DNA of 64,000 bases from Oligoflexales bacterium (lineage in GTDB: Bacteria > Bdellovibrionota_B > Oligoflexia > Oligoflexales > JALZUQ01), in NCBI GenBank assembly GCA_023301565.1, contig JALZUO010000037.1:2138-66137 (forward strand), read 5' to 3'. The translations under genes and the position numbers were made by a program. This document shows positions 33,174-44,370 of the stretch, one piece after another; within the stretch, counting starts at the first letter, position 1; every line of letters begins with the position of its first letter. The notes below the pieces were generated by a model that searched no databases, was not told where the DNA came from, and saw nothing but the letters and a program-made list of their open reading frames with translations.

Positions 33174-35123
33174 GTGGCAAAAAAGCCTGAAGTTCGCGAA
33201 CTTTCGCAGCAAATTCTACTTGCTAAACATTTGTACTATAAAGGTAGCCCTGAAATCACAGATGCCGCTTATGATGCCTTGGAGGCCAAGCTTAAAAAAC
33301 TAGACCCAGACCACCCTGTCCTTTCCATGGTCGGCTTTGATGCTGATGCTGCAGGCGGCGAAGAAGGTTCGAGTAAAATTGAACATGTAAAACCTATGCT
33401 TTCTTTAAGAAAAACCTATAAGTTAGCCGAACTGCTTTCTTGGGTAGATGGCAAAGATATTCTAGCCACACCTAAACTAGACGGTAACAGTCTAAGTTTA
33501 GTCTATGAACAAGGGCAGCTTGTACAGGCTAAAACACGGGGCGATGGCACACGTGGCGAAGATGTCTTAGCGAAGGTTGTATTTGTTCCTAATATTCCCA
33601 AAACTCTGCCAGCCAAGCTTGATTTGGAGGTTCGAGGGGAGCTAATTTGTTCAATTTCTCAGTTTTCCAAACTGCAAACACATATGCAAAACCTTGGCTT
33701 TGAGGTTCCAGCAAACCCTAGGAATACAGTTGCGGGTATCTTAGGCCGCAAGTCGCACGGTGATCTAGCGGTTTATTTTGATTTTTTTGCCTTTGATTGT
33801 CTTGGTAGTTCTGTAGAAGAAAATGCATTGTTTTCTACAGAAACGCAGAAGATGGATTGGCTTGCTAAGTACTTTTTAGCGCCGTCTTTTGAAAAGTTAA
33901 GTAGCCCGGAAAAAATAGAGACTTATTTAACCAAAACCCAAGAGATTTTAGCTACCAGCGAGTGGTCGATGGATGGGGCTGTGTTTAGCTACGATGACCT
34001 GTCTGTTCACGGCGAGCTTGGAGAAACCTCTCACCACCCACGCTATAAAATGGTCTTTAAATGGCAAGGAGAGTCTGCAGACACGGTGATCAAGAGTATT
34101 GATTGGCGGACATCGCGAGCTGGAATCCTAACGCCTGTGGCTATAGTTGAGCCTGTAGATCTAAGTGGTGCCAAGATTTCTAACGTAACCTTGCATAACT
34201 TTGCATTTGCAAAAAACGTAAACGCAGCAGCCGGAGACACCATCAAGATTGTTCGTTCAGGCGAGGTTATACCCAAGTACCTGGAGACAGTCACAAAGGG
34301 TGAGTCTGTGTTTGTAAGTCCAAGCGTATGCAGCACATGCGGCTCAGGGCTAGAGCTAAGAGACGAGGTTCGTATTTATTGTGGGAATGCTACGAGCTGC
34401 CCGGCTCAGATCATAGGTGGCATCCTTCACTGGATCGTTCAGGTGGGTATAGATGATTTAAGCGAGAAGCGGCTTGAACAGCTACTTGAAGCTAAACTGG
34501 TCAAAAACCCTGCTGACCTCTACCGCTTAAAAGTAGAGGATCTTTTGCAGCTTCCGCAGACCAAAGAAAAACTTGCAACGAAACTTGTAGAAAATATTGA
34601 GCAGTCAAAAAAATCAATAACTTTGGTTTCTTTTTTGAGCGGCTTGGGAATTGCAGGTGGTGGAAAGACTAGTTGGAAAAAAATAACACAGGACTACTGC
34701 AGCCTAAATAGTGTTAGAAGTATTTCTGCCGACCAGTTGGCTGGGTTAGATGGGTTTGCCGAAAAATCTGCAGAGACCTTGCTTGACGGTCTTAGTGCAA
34801 AAAAACAATGGATAGATGATTTGCTATCTGCTGGGGTTGTTCCGCCTGATGCAGCTAGCTCGGCGGGTGCTGGAGCCGGCTCTCTTTCTGGAAAGAGTCT
34901 GGTTATCACCGGAACTTTAAGTGCCCCGAGAAAACAGATTGAACAAGCGATCGAAGCTGCTGGCGGAAAAGCTTCGAAGGCCGTCTCTAAAAACACTTTT
35001 GCTTTGGTGTGTAACGATCCGGAGTCGTCGTCTAGTAAAGCCAAAAAAGCCCGTAGTTTAAACATTCCTATATGGTCTGAAAGCGATCTCGAACAGAAGC
35101 TAACAGAAGATATTATCAAGTGA
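33174..35123 (+). CDS. ligA: NAD+-dependent DNA ligase
   Basis: KLDGNS adenylation motif. Zn finger CSTCGSGL...CGNATSCPAQ, followed by HhH and C-terminal BRCT regions. GTG at 33174 has GGAG 9 nt upstream and is preferred to TTG at 33159. Confidence 0.9.
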   Translation: MAKKPEVRELSQQILLAKHLYYKGSPEITDAAYDALEAKLKKLDPDHPVLSMVGFDADAAGGEEGSSKIEHVKPMLSLRKTYKLAELLSWVDGKDILATPKLDGNSLSLVYEQGQLVQAKTRGDGTRGEDVLAKVVFVPNIPKTLPAKLDLEVRGELICSISQFSKLQTHMQNLGFEVPANPRNTVAGILGRKSHGDLAVYFDFFAFDCLGSSVEENALFSTETQKMDWLAKYFLAPSFEKLSSPEKIETYLTKTQEILATSEWSMDGAVFSYDDLSVHGELGETSHHPRYKMVFKWQGESADTVIKSIDWRTSRAGILTPVAIVEPVDLSGAKISNVTLHNFAFAKNVNAAAGDTIKIVRSGEVIPKYLETVTKGESVFVSPSVCSTCGSGLELRDEVRIYCGNATSCPAQIIGGILHWIVQVGIDDLSEKRLEQLLEAKLVKNPADLYRLKVEDLLQLPQTKEKLATKLVENIEQSKKSITLVSFLSGLGIAGGGKTSWKKITQDYCSLNSVRSISADQLAGLDGFAEKSAETLLDGLSAKKQWIDDLLSAGVVPPDAASSAGAGAGSLSGKSLVITGTLSAPRKQIEQAIEAAGGKASKAVSKNTFALVCNDPESSSSKAKKARSLNIPIWSESDLEQKLTEDIIK

Positions 35124-35242
35124 TTTTAGGCTGTTACCTGAGATCCTCGCTTCGGCCCAGGATGCATTGTAAAACACCTCTTGAGCTAGCAACCGCCGCC
35201 GCAAAAGGGGCTGTTTAGAGACAAACGAGAGGCAAAGCTTAG

Positions 35243-36316
35243 ATGAGTTCAGAGCAGGTAGCGATAGATACGTCCAGATTGATTTACCCTAAGCTAGGGA
35301 GCCTCGAGGCTCCCGGCGAGGGCGCAGGCTTGTTTGGTTTGAACCATGAGCTTGGCGACTCGTTGTTGCGGATTCTTCCTGTTGCTTGGGAGGGAAGTAC
35401 AAGCCAAGGGTCAGGGACATCGCAATGTTTTGACGGCTTGCTGCGGGCTTCGCACTACGTAGACCTTTTTCACGAACGTTATGGTGATGCCTACCGGGCT
35501 GGGATTGCTTGTTGCCCAGACACTCTAATTGCTTCTAAAAAGGCCCAAGCAAAGTGTAGTACAGATAATGAAGGTAGAAAGCGTGACGCGATTTATCAGG
35601 AGCTATATGAGGCTTTGTATTTAAAAACCCAAGAGGCGCTCGACAGCCACAGCATACCGCTAGTGGTCGGCGGAGACCACTCGGCTCCGCTTGCTAGCCT
35701 GGTGGCAATTGGTGAAAACAGGAAGAAGAATACAAAAGATCAACAGTGGGGTGTTTTGCACCTGGATGCACATCTTGATATGCGATCTTCTTATGAAGGC
35801 GTAGAAAATAGCCATGCATCTATCATGTATCATGCAAGTAGAAAAGCGGCTGGGCTCACAAAAATTGTCTCACTTGGAATCCGTGATTACTGCAAAGAAG
35901 AAATGGCCTACGCCTCGTCGATTGGAGCTTGCACTTTGACCGACAGAGCCATGCGCCGTGCTCTGGCCGAAGGAGCTTCGCTGAAGGGTTTGCTCTCTAG
36001 GGCTTTGGCAGAGCTTCCGCAGAATGTTTACTTGAGTTTTGATATCGATGGTTTGGATATGGCTAACTGTCCGGCTACCGGTACGCCGGTTCCGGGTGGT
36101 TTTCAGTTTTATGAAATGCAGCTTTTGCTCGATCTGCTCGTAGAGTCCGGAAGGGCCATCGTCGGAGCAGACCTTTGTGAAATTGTCTGTTCTGGCGAGC
36201 GCCCCGAAGAAAGTTTGGATGCCAACGTGGGCTCACGCGTGCTGTGGGAAATGTGCAATGCGATCATTGCCTCTCAGATTGGTGCTGGATCAAGCGCAGC
36301 AGGGGTGACTGCATGA
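35243..36316 (+). CDS. ureohydrolase (agmatinase/arginase/formimidoylglutamase family)
   Basis: Mn-binding motifs VVGGDHSAP, LDAHLDM, SFDIDGLD and DLCEI. Confidence 0.8.
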   Translation: MSSEQVAIDTSRLIYPKLGSLEAPGEGAGLFGLNHELGDSLLRILPVAWEGSTSQGSGTSQCFDGLLRASHYVDLFHERYGDAYRAGIACCPDTLIASKKAQAKCSTDNEGRKRDAIYQELYEALYLKTQEALDSHSIPLVVGGDHSAPLASLVAIGENRKKNTKDQQWGVLHLDAHLDMRSSYEGVENSHASIMYHASRKAAGLTKIVSLGIRDYCKEEMAYASSIGACTLTDRAMRRALAEGASLKGLLSRALAELPQNVYLSFDIDGLDMANCPATGTPVPGGFQFYEMQLLLDLLVESGRAIVGADLCEIVCSGERPEESLDANVGSRVLWEMCNAIIASQIGAGSSAAGVTA

Positions 36317-39114
36317 GCAAGCGGTTGAAAAAACCAGATTCTATCAGCCTAAAAGGAGTATATACCCATAACCTTAAAGGAATCGACGTAGACATTCCCA
36401 TTGGTAAGCTTACGACGGTTTGCGGCGTGTCAGGCTCTGGAAAAAGCTCACTTGTTTTTGATACTTTATATGCAGAAAGTTACCGCAGGTATTTAGAAAG
36501 CCTATCTAGTTTTGCGCGCCAGTACATGCAGCAACTACCAAAGCCAAAAATTGACTCTATTCATAACTTGCCGCCTTCTATCGCCGTAAGGCAAAGCAGG
36601 TCTAAAGCTACATCTAGATCAACGGTAGGGACTATGACTGAGCTTCTAGACCTCATCAGAACGCTTTATATCCACCAGTCTAAGGTCCAATGTTTTACCT
36701 GTGATATTCCGGTGAAAAAGTACCAGGCCTCTGATATATGGAATGCTTTGCAGGCCTCGGAAGAGCCATTTTACAACTCTTTGCGTAGGTCTTCGGCGGT
36801 GATGGTTGCCGCTCGCAACGCAGGTTGGAAAAACCTAAAAGCAACCGATCTAAAAGCTTATTTGGTGGAACAGGGTTTTAGCCGTGCCTGGGTAAAAGGT
36901 GCGCTGATGCGTATTGAAGACTGCAAAGCCACGGCGCTTAAAGCTGCATACGTTGTTGTCGACAGACTGAAAAACCAACCCAGCTCTAAGTCGCGGTTTA
37001 TGGAAGGGGTTGAGCTTGCCTATAAACTTGGTGCGGGCAGGTTGGTTTTAATACCTGTCGATCAGGACGGCAAAAGTAAAGATGAGTTTTTATTTACGCA
37101 AAAGCTAGAGTGCAGTAAGTGCGAAGAGGTCTATCCAAAACCATCTCTATCTTTGTTTTCTTACAATCATCCGCAGGGTGCTTGCGATGTTTGCCAGGGT
37201 TTTGGGATGGAGTCCAAGGTCGATATGCGCAAAGTGATTCCAGACCGCAAAAAAACTTTGCGTGAAAAAGCGGTGGCTTTATTTAACTTTGGAGATCAGG
37301 CTAGATTTACAAAATATTTGATCACCGAAGCAAAAAAACAAAAAGTCTCGATGGATAAATCGATTGAAGACTTTAGTGAAAAAGAAATGGAGTGGCTCAC
37401 GCAAGGCACCAAGTCTTTTTTAGGCGTAGATGGTTTTATGGAATGGCTTAGACGTAAACGCTATAAGACACACTATAGGGTGCACATAGCCAGGTACCAG
37501 ATGTATGTCTTATGCGGTGAGTGCAAGGGATCCCGGCTGCAAAACCGTTCTTTGGCTTACAAGCTTGGCAAAAGAAGCATTGCTGACCTCTGCCAAGATT
37601 CTATTGATACACTCAGTGAAGAAGTAAAAAGGTTGAAGCTTGTTTATGAAGAAAAAAGCAAAGCCGAAAACTCAGCCCTGAGCGAAGCTTATGCTGAAAT
37701 TGATACTCGCCTGGAATACCTGCTCGAGATGGGGCTAGGTTACCTTCATTTAAACCGAGCGTCCCGGACACTTTCGGGAGGCGAGTATCAGCGCATTTAT
37801 ATGGCAAGAAGCCTTGCTAACCAGCTAACCGAAACCTTGTACTGTTTGGATGAGCCTAGCAGTGGGTTGCATCCGCGCGATAGTCAAAGGCTACTAAAAA
37901 TTTTAAAAGCGCTGCGTGCACAAGGCAACACTGTGGTGGTTGTAGAGCATGAAAAAGTCTTAATCGAAGGCTCAGACGAGATTTTAGAGATAGGTCCTAA
38001 GGCTGGCAAAGATGGTGGCGAGGTCATATACCAAGGCAGTGCAACTAAACGAGCAGAACGTCAAAAAATAGTTTTCTCTGGGGGCCAAGAAGAGCCCGAA
38101 CATTTTTTCGAGGTAAAGGGTGTAACTACCCATAACCTGAAAGAAATAGACCTTAAAATACCGATCAGAAGAGTTACGGGCATTTGCGGCGTCAGCGGCT
38201 CTGGCAAGTCGTCTGCAATTGTCCATACGGTGGTCCCTGCAATCGCTAATGCCCTTGGCATTAAAGAGTTTGCAACGTCTACGGCCCTAGAAAAAGCTAA
38301 CTTTAAGTCCATGAGCCCACCAAAGCTCGACAGGTTTTTTCAAGACATCATGGTTCTTTCTCAGGGGGCTGTAGGGCGTTCTACAAGAAGCAACATTGCA
38401 ACTTATTTAGGGATCTACGATGAGGTTCGTAAAACCATGGCAAAACAACCTGCTTCGAAACGTCTAGGGCTAAAGCCAGGTGCGTTTAGTTTTAATGTGT
38501 CAGGTGGCAGGTGCGAAAACTGTAAAGGCCTGGGTGTGGTCGAAGAGGAAATGTCTTTTCTTGGCGACTTGAAGGTTAAATGTCCGGAGTGCAATGGAAA
38601 GCGCTTTAGTGAAGATGTTTTGGGTGTGGAGTTTAAAGGCAAAAATATTTTGCAAATTCTTGCTCTGACCGTAGAAGAGGCTGCGCACTTCTTTTTTGAC
38701 CAAGCAAATGTACATGCGGTTTTAGCCAACGTAGTTCAGCTTGGTATGGGGTATTTATCTCTAGGTCAAAACACAAGCTCGTTTTCTGGTGGAGAAGCGC
38801 AGCGGCTTAAAATATTACAGATTCTTTTGGGTGGTAAAAAATCAGATCGCCCAAGCTTGGTTGTATTGGACGAGCCGAGCACGGGGCTGAGCGATTCAGA
38901 TGTAGCTTTGCTGCTGCGCCAGATACGCACCTTGGCTGCTCGTGGTCATACGGTAGTGGTCATTGAGCATCACGGCGGGGTCTTGGCAGCTTGTGATCAT
39001 ATGATTGAGCTAGGGCCAGATGCTGGGCCAGATGGTGGCAAAATCATCTTCGAGGGTAAGCCAGAAGAGGTTTTGAAGTCTAAGAAGTCGCTGTTCTCAG
39101 AGTTTTTTCATTAG
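36313..39114 (+). CDS. uvrA: excinuclease ABC subunit A
   Basis: Two ABC modules (GVSGSGKSS twice, LSGGE twice). Zinc modules include CFTCD, CSKCEE...CDVCQGFG and CENCKG...CPECNGKRF. The ATG at 36313 overlaps the upstream stop (ATGA). Confidence 0.85.
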   Translation: MSKRLKKPDSISLKGVYTHNLKGIDVDIPIGKLTTVCGVSGSGKSSLVFDTLYAESYRRYLESLSSFARQYMQQLPKPKIDSIHNLPPSIAVRQSRSKATSRSTVGTMTELLDLIRTLYIHQSKVQCFTCDIPVKKYQASDIWNALQASEEPFYNSLRRSSAVMVAARNAGWKNLKATDLKAYLVEQGFSRAWVKGALMRIEDCKATALKAAYVVVDRLKNQPSSKSRFMEGVELAYKLGAGRLVLIPVDQDGKSKDEFLFTQKLECSKCEEVYPKPSLSLFSYNHPQGACDVCQGFGMESKVDMRKVIPDRKKTLREKAVALFNFGDQARFTKYLITEAKKQKVSMDKSIEDFSEKEMEWLTQGTKSFLGVDGFMEWLRRKRYKTHYRVHIARYQMYVLCGECKGSRLQNRSLAYKLGKRSIADLCQDSIDTLSEEVKRLKLVYEEKSKAENSALSEAYAEIDTRLEYLLEMGLGYLHLNRASRTLSGGEYQRIYMARSLANQLTETLYCLDEPSSGLHPRDSQRLLKILKALRAQGNTVVVVEHEKVLIEGSDEILEIGPKAGKDGGEVIYQGSATKRAERQKIVFSGGQEEPEHFFEVKGVTTHNLKEIDLKIPIRRVTGICGVSGSGKSSAIVHTVVPAIANALGIKEFATSTALEKANFKSMSPPKLDRFFQDIMVLSQGAVGRSTRSNIATYLGIYDEVRKTMAKQPASKRLGLKPGAFSFNVSGGRCENCKGLGVVEEEMSFLGDLKVKCPECNGKRFSEDVLGVEFKGKNILQILALTVEEAAHFFFDQANVHAVLANVVQLGMGYLSLGQNTSSFSGGEAQRLKILQILLGGKKSDRPSLVVLDEPSTGLSDSDVALLLRQIRTLAARGHTVVVIEHHGGVLAACDHMIELGPDAGPDGGKIIFEGKPEEVLKSKKSLFSEFFH

Positions 39115-39315
39115 AGTCTTCAAAATACCAGTAAAAACAGGCTCTTAATCCACCCCGAGGACATCTTGCTATATTGGCAAAACCACTTACATTAGATGGG
39201 CGCTATGCCTTTAGCTAAGACGCATGTAAGGCTTATCTAAGGCGTGGAGTCTATGGGGAGAACAGATATGAGTAAGGTGAATCTAGAGGGTGAAAACCTT
39301 CCCGGAGCAAAGACC

Positions 39316-40128
39316 ATGGCCGTGAAAACAAAAAAGAAGATAACCGTCCGTAGCCTTTTGAATAAAAAAAAGAACGGGCAAAAGATAACAATGCTTACTT
39401 GTTATGATAGCAGTTTTGCTAGAATTTTAGATCGCACACCTGTGGACACAGTTCTGGTTGGTGACAGCCTAGGAAATATAATGATGGGCTACAGCAGCCC
39501 TATCCCTGTCACTTTAGATGACATAGTACATCATACAGCTTGTGTGTCGCGTGCAATGGACAAAACTTTTATCGTAGCTGATATGCCTTTTGGCACTTAC
39601 TTGCAGCCAGAAACAGCTGCTAAGAATGCGGTGCGTTTAATCCAAGAGGGCGGTGCACATGCAGTAAAGCTTGAAGGTGGTTCTGAGATTTTACCTCAGA
39701 TATCTGCAATTCTTAGTGCCGGTATACCCGTGATCGGTCATCTTGGCTTAAGGCCTCAAAGCCAGCACAAAACCTCTGGGTACCGCGTGCAAGGCAGAAG
39801 CGCAGAAGATGCAGATAGAATGATGGCAGACGCCAAAGCGCTTGAGGCAGCTGGCGTTTCGATGATTGTCTTTGAACTGATCCCGGCAAAGCTGGCCAAA
39901 AAGATAACCGGGGCAGTCTCTGTCCCAACTATTGGCATTGGTGCAGGAAGCGACACCGACGGCCAAGTTTTAGTTTTACAAGACATGCTCGGTTTTGACC
40001 CAGACTTTAATCCGACTTTTTTAAAGAAGTACGCCGATTTTTATACAAGTACCATTACAGCCGTAGAAAAGTATTGTGAGCAAGTAGGAAGTCAATCGTT
40101 TCCGACTGCGCAGCAGTCTTTTGAGTAG
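39316..40128 (+). CDS. panB: 3-methyl-2-oxobutanoate hydroxymethyltransferase
   Basis: [30 protein letters not shown] and IGIGAG align by eye with E. coli PanB. The ATG at 39316 (GGAG upstream) gives the expected length. Confidence 0.85.
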   Translation: MAVKTKKKITVRSLLNKKKNGQKITMLTCYDSSFARILDRTPVDTVLVGDSLGNIMMGYSSPIPVTLDDIVHHTACVSRAMDKTFIVADMPFGTYLQPETAAKNAVRLIQEGGAHAVKLEGGSEILPQISAILSAGIPVIGHLGLRPQSQHKTSGYRVQGRSAEDADRMMADAKALEAAGVSMIVFELIPAKLAKKITGAVSVPTIGIGAGSDTDGQVLVLQDMLGFDPDFNPTFLKKYADFYTSTITAVEKYCEQVGSQSFPTAQQSFE

Positions 40129-40148
40129 AGAAAGTTGGAGAAGAAGCT

Positions 40149-41249
40149 TTGAGTCAACGAGATTATTACGAAGTACTTGCTATTGATAAATCAGCAAGTG
40201 AGCAAGAAATCAAAAAAGCTTACCGCAAACTAGCTGTTAAGTTTCATCCAGACCGAAACCCTGGAGATAAAAAAGCAGAAAGTTCATTTAAAGAGTGCGC
40301 CGAGGCGTACGAGGTTCTTTCCGATAAAAAGAAGAAGGTGGTTTACGACCAATATGGTCATAGCGGCTTGTCTGGTGGTGGACATCAGGGGTTTCAAAAT
40401 GCAGATGATGTTTTTCAAAATTTCGGGTCGATTTTTGACGACTTCTTTGGTGGAAGAGGTGGCATGGGTGGCGGCAGCGGTAGGCGAGTTCGCTACGGTG
40501 CCGACCTTAAAGCTAGGCTGAAACTGACCTTTAAAGAAGCCGTGTTTGGCTGTGAAAAAGATTTAGCATTTACTAAGTCTATTCACTGTAAGCCTTGTGA
40601 TGCATCAGGTTGCGAGCCTGGAACGAGCAAGACAACATGCGGGACCTGTGGCGGTCACGGCCAAGTCCGAACCACCCAGGGTTTTTTCAGTGTTTCTCAA
40701 GCTTGCCCTGCCTGTCGCGGTGCCGGTCAGGTGGTGAGTTCACCTTGTAAAACCTGCAACGGAGAGACTCGGGTTTCCGAAAAGAAAACTATGTCGGTGA
40801 CGGTTCCCCCTGGCGTCTACGATGGCATTCAGCTGAAGCTCGGCAGTGAAGGTGACGAAGGGCCAGACGGTGGTCCATCCGGGGATCTTTTCGTGCAAAT
40901 GCAGGTAGAAGAAGACTCAAGATATGAACGAGAAGGCCAAGACATCATCCACCAGGTCTCTATTGGGGTTGCGCAGGCAAGCTTAGGGTCTGAGATAAAC
41001 GTAGAGACACTTGATGGAGAAGAGCCTGTAGCCATTCAAGCTGGGACCCAGCATGGCCATCACCACAAAATCAGTGGTAAAGGCATGCCTTCTTTGCGCG
41101 GCGATAGGCGCGGCGACTTTATCGTTCTTTGGAACGTTGTGGTCCCACGAAAGCTGAGTGCAAAGCAGCGTGAGCTGATGGAAGAGTTTGCTAAAACAGA
41201 GAACGTGCCTGTGAATGCGGAAAAAGGATTTTTTGGAAAGTTCTTTTAG
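40149..41249 (+). CDS. dnaJ: molecular chaperone DnaJ
   Basis: J domain (DYYEVL..., HPDRNPGD), a G/F-rich region, and four CxxCxG-type zinc repeats. TTG start with GGAGAAG upstream. Confidence 0.9.
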   Translation: MSQRDYYEVLAIDKSASEQEIKKAYRKLAVKFHPDRNPGDKKAESSFKECAEAYEVLSDKKKKVVYDQYGHSGLSGGGHQGFQNADDVFQNFGSIFDDFFGGRGGMGGGSGRRVRYGADLKARLKLTFKEAVFGCEKDLAFTKSIHCKPCDASGCEPGTSKTTCGTCGGHGQVRTTQGFFSVSQACPACRGAGQVVSSPCKTCNGETRVSEKKTMSVTVPPGVYDGIQLKLGSEGDEGPDGGPSGDLFVQMQVEEDSRYEREGQDIIHQVSIGVAQASLGSEINVETLDGEEPVAIQAGTQHGHHHKISGKGMPSLRGDRRGDFIVLWNVVVPRKLSAKQRELMEEFAKTENVPVNAEKGFFGKFF

Positions 41250-41290
41250 GCTTTTGAGTTTTGAAACAAATCTGTACTTCAATAAAAAAA

Positions 41291-41327
41291 ATGCTAACTA
41301 AAAAATTTCAGTTAGCATTTTTTTATT
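41291..41327. terminator. bidirectional rho-independent terminator between dnaJ and the astacin gene
   Basis: ATGCTAACT / AGTTAGCAT, a 9-bp stem flanked by an A-run upstream and a T-run downstream. Confidence 0.7.
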
Positions 41328-41390
41328 GAAGTTTATTTTAGTAGAATTTCCCTTGTCCAATTTCAGCCCACTGGTCGACACTATTTACGG

Positions 41391-42527
41391 TTAGGCCGCT
41401 GTCTTTGATAAACTGTCTTTGTAGGTAAGCATCGCCTTGAGATAGTACAAGCCTATATCTTGCCCATTGCCTATGTTCTTTAGAATAAGCACTTTGCCAC
41501 TGCTTTTTGTTTTTTCCCCGTTGGGGTGTAAAATAACTTCTAGCCCAGATCCCGGTCGAACCGATCGTTTTACCTCTACCCAGCTATGCTCTTCAATGGA
41601 GCCTTGGTCACCATTGTTTATGTCGTATTGCATCCAGATGCGTTGACCGCCTATGTTTGTCGCAATCCCTTTGAAGTTAAAAGCAGGGTTGCAATGATGC
41701 TTCCAGTTGTCCGTCTGTTCGGATTTGTAGTCGAATTCGTTGAAGTAAATGGGGTTTCCAAAGTTAGTACAGGTTGTCTTGTCTTTGTAGGCGTTAGAGT
41801 AGACGCGGTTCGTGAATTCCACATCTATATCTGATAGCTCAGAAATCTCTGGAATTTCAAAATTATTAAGAGTCCAGTCTCGAGGGATAGGGTAGGTCAT
41901 GATTGATTTTATGTCTGGTTTGCTGACTAACATGCCACGAAAATTAAGTGGAGTGAAAATGTTGCGGTCAGTTTGCTGCTTGCCCCAACAATTTAAGTCT
42001 AGCATATCGGCATAGACTTTAGGCTTGTTCCATTTGATGTTTAGATCTGGTCTTAGATGTTCATGTTTAAAGCCTAGGGCGTGGCCAAATTCATGCAAGA
42101 CGTTTCTTTTATCTAGCCAAGCAAAATTCATCGTGTGTTGACCTTTTGCTTTTTTGGCGTTGTTACCTAGCTTAGAATAACTTCCCTTGGTTTTGTCAAA
42201 AGTGATGCGAATGTCACTTTTGAAGTTTGCATGAAACATTAAGTTGATGTTTGTTTTTCTAGCCCAGTCTAGAGCATACCTTCTGACTTTTTCTCGCTCG
42301 TCAGCCGTTCCGTTTAAAAACTGAACTCTTAATGTCGTTTTTTTCCAAGTAATGTCTTTCCATGTGGTTAGATCGAAAGACGTTCCGCCACCTGGTTTTT
42401 TAGAAGCTTTCACACCTTCTTGGGTTGAAGTATCGGTCTTGCACTGAGATTGTCCACTCGCGATACTTGCTGAAAAGCCTAACGATAAAAACAGAAACAC
42501 TATTTGTTTAAATGCTGAATTAGTCAT
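41391..42527 (-). CDS. secreted astacin-like (M12A) zinc metalloprotease
   Basis: HEFGHALGFKHEH (HExxHxxGxxHE) and a Met-turn-like SIMTY. N-terminal signal peptide and an extra C-terminal domain. Confidence 0.8.
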   Translation of the reverse strand: MTNSAFKQIVFLFLSLGFSASIASGQSQCKTDTSTQEGVKASKKPGGGTSFDLTTWKDITWKKTTLRVQFLNGTADEREKVRRYALDWARKTNINLMFHANFKSDIRITFDKTKGSYSKLGNNAKKAKGQHTMNFAWLDKRNVLHEFGHALGFKHEHLRPDLNIKWNKPKVYADMLDLNCWGKQQTDRNIFTPLNFRGMLVSKPDIKSIMTYPIPRDWTLNNFEIPEISELSDIDVEFTNRVYSNAYKDKTTCTNFGNPIYFNEFDYKSEQTDNWKHHCNPAFNFKGIATNIGGQRIWMQYDINNGDQGSIEEHSWVEVKRSVRPGSGLEVILHPNGEKTKSSGKVLILKNIGNGQDIGLYYLKAMLTYKDSLSKTAA

Positions 42528-42716
42528 AATTTAAAAACCCATCACATCAAAGTTAGGCTATTTGATAGCCTGAGCCTAGCCAAAATAGCCAGTAAAATGT
42601 TCAATTTATATAGAGAAGGGGAAATCTATTGCGAAGATATGTTTAGCGTAAACAGCTTGTTTTCTAAACATTGATAAACTGCTAAATTCTCAGGACTGTT
42701 GGGGTTTTATTTGTAG

Positions 42717-43610
42717 CTACCTCGGTTTATTGTTTGTAAAAACTCGCCTGATTTTTTTTGCATAGGCTGCCGATATCGTGTCTTTGTTAATAGATAGAAT
42801 TAGTGGCCGTTCCTGTGTTTCAAGCACTACGCTGAGCCTAGCTAAGTTGCCTTTGTCGACCTCTTCTTGGGTGGCTATCTCTGGCAGGCATGCAATAGAG
42901 TCTGTTTGTTTTAAAATTTGCATGGAATAACGTGAATTTTCGCAACCGTGAGATCTGGATGCATCTAACTTAATCTGGTTTGCGTTGGCGACCTGTGCAA
43001 TTCTGCTGTTTTCAATGTAGCTAAATCCAAGTAGATCATAATTTTTTAGTGACCTGATATTGTTTTTGTTGGCCAGCGGATGATTTTTTCTTGCGAAAAA
43101 ACCCCAGCGTACCGTTCCCACTTCTTTTCGCATCCAGTTTGGTCCTAACAAAGTGTCTTCAAAAGAAAGGATCACATCAAGTAGCCCGCTTCTTGCAGCT
43201 TGCTCTGTTTTTTGTGGACTTAGGTCCATCAAGTCAAAAACGTAGTTTTTTTCTTTGAGAAGTTCTGCCTTACAAGAGTAAAGAAAATGACTGATCATAT
43301 ACCCCCTGCCACAAAACCTAATACGCTTCTTTGTGTGTTCAGATTTTTGTATAAACAGAAATGCATTTTCAAGCGAATAAACAGTATCTGAAAATTTTTT
43401 CGATAGGTAGTCACCTTGTTTAGTTAAGCTGATTCCTTTCGAGGAGCGATTGACAATTTTAGCGCCGAGGGTTTCCTCTAGTTGTTTAATCCTTTTGGTC
43501 AGGTTTTGTGGGTCGACAGAAATTCGACGGGCAAGCTCTCGAATCGAATGCACACCTGCAAGTTCTTTGATTAGTTTTAGGTCTGAAACACGAATGTCTT
43601 CGAGCTGCAT
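42717..43610 (-). CDS. LysR-family transcriptional regulator
   Basis: N-terminal wHTH (LIKELAGVHSIRELARRISVDPQNLTKRIKQLEETLG) plus a substrate-binding domain of ~200 aa. It is divergent from the fasciclin gene. Confidence 0.85.
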   Translation of the reverse strand: MQLEDIRVSDLKLIKELAGVHSIRELARRISVDPQNLTKRIKQLEETLGAKIVNRSSKGISLTKQGDYLSKKFSDTVYSLENAFLFIQKSEHTKKRIRFCGRGYMISHFLYSCKAELLKEKNYVFDLMDLSPQKTEQAARSGLLDVILSFEDTLLGPNWMRKEVGTVRWGFFARKNHPLANKNNIRSLKNYDLLGFSYIENSRIAQVANANQIKLDASRSHGCENSRYSMQILKQTDSIACLPEIATQEEVDKGNLARLSVVLETQERPLILSINKDTISAAYAKKIRRVFTNNKPR

Positions 43611-43632
43611 GATTTGGGGGCCTCCTGAAGTT

Positions 43633-43649
43633 GGTGTAAATTTAACACC
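43633..43649. promoter_or_regulatory. LysR-type operator candidate in the divergent intergenic region
   Basis: GGTGT-N7-ACACC dyad (GGTGTAAATTTAACACC) containing a T-N11-A core. It lies between the LysR gene and the fasciclin gene. Confidence 0.35.
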
Positions 43650-43753
43650 ACTTGTTGCAATACTTAGCCTATCGATGAGTAGCGAGCTTTTCTATAACTA
43701 TAAACATAAACGGTCAAAACGGCCACGGATTAGAACTAAAAAGGAGTTTAGTT

Positions 43754-44242
43754 ATGAACATAACAAGGATCGCTATTATCTCATTAATTTCACTGTTTGC
43801 ATCTGTTTCAGTACATGCAGGAGTGACGAGCAACGAAGACATTGTCGACATTGCTGTAGCTAACGGCAGCTTCAATACGCTAGTCGCCGCAGTAAAAGCA
43901 GCTGGTTTAGTAGAAACCCTAAAAAGTGAAGGACCTTTCACAGTCTTTGCGCCGACAGACGCGGCTTTCGCTAAGCTTCCAGCTGGGACCGTTGAGGCTC
44001 TTCTAGCAGACAAGGAAAAGCTTACAGAGATTCTTCTCTATCACGTTGTTGCTGCAAATGTTCCGGCGAGTGTGGCTGTCACTTTGACTGAGGCAAAAAT
44101 GATCAATGGGAAATTCGTCGATATTGAAAAATCAGATGACGGTTTGTTTATCAATGACTCTAAAGTGATCAAGGCTGACATTGAAGCGAAAAACGGTGTG
44201 ATTCACGTGATTGATACAGTCCTTCTTCCTCCTGCAAACTAA
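43754..44242 (+). CDS. secreted fasciclin (FAS1) domain protein
   Basis: Signal peptide present. [17 protein letters not shown] and [13 protein letters not shown] are the two canonical FAS1 motifs. Confidence 0.85.
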   Translation: MNITRIAIISLISLFASVSVHAGVTSNEDIVDIAVANGSFNTLVAAVKAAGLVETLKSEGPFTVFAPTDAAFAKLPAGTVEALLADKEKLTEILLYHVVAANVPASVAVTLTEAKMINGKFVDIEKSDDGLFINDSKVIKADIEAKNGVIHVIDTVLLPPAN

Positions 44243-44370
44243 ATTCCAGCATAACAAAAATATCTTCTGCCAGTTGCATTTATGTAGCTGGTAATTTTAT
44301 GTATTTAGCTGCATTTTTATTTTTATACTCTTATACTCCTAGGGTAATATTTCACTTGGGCGTATTTAGA

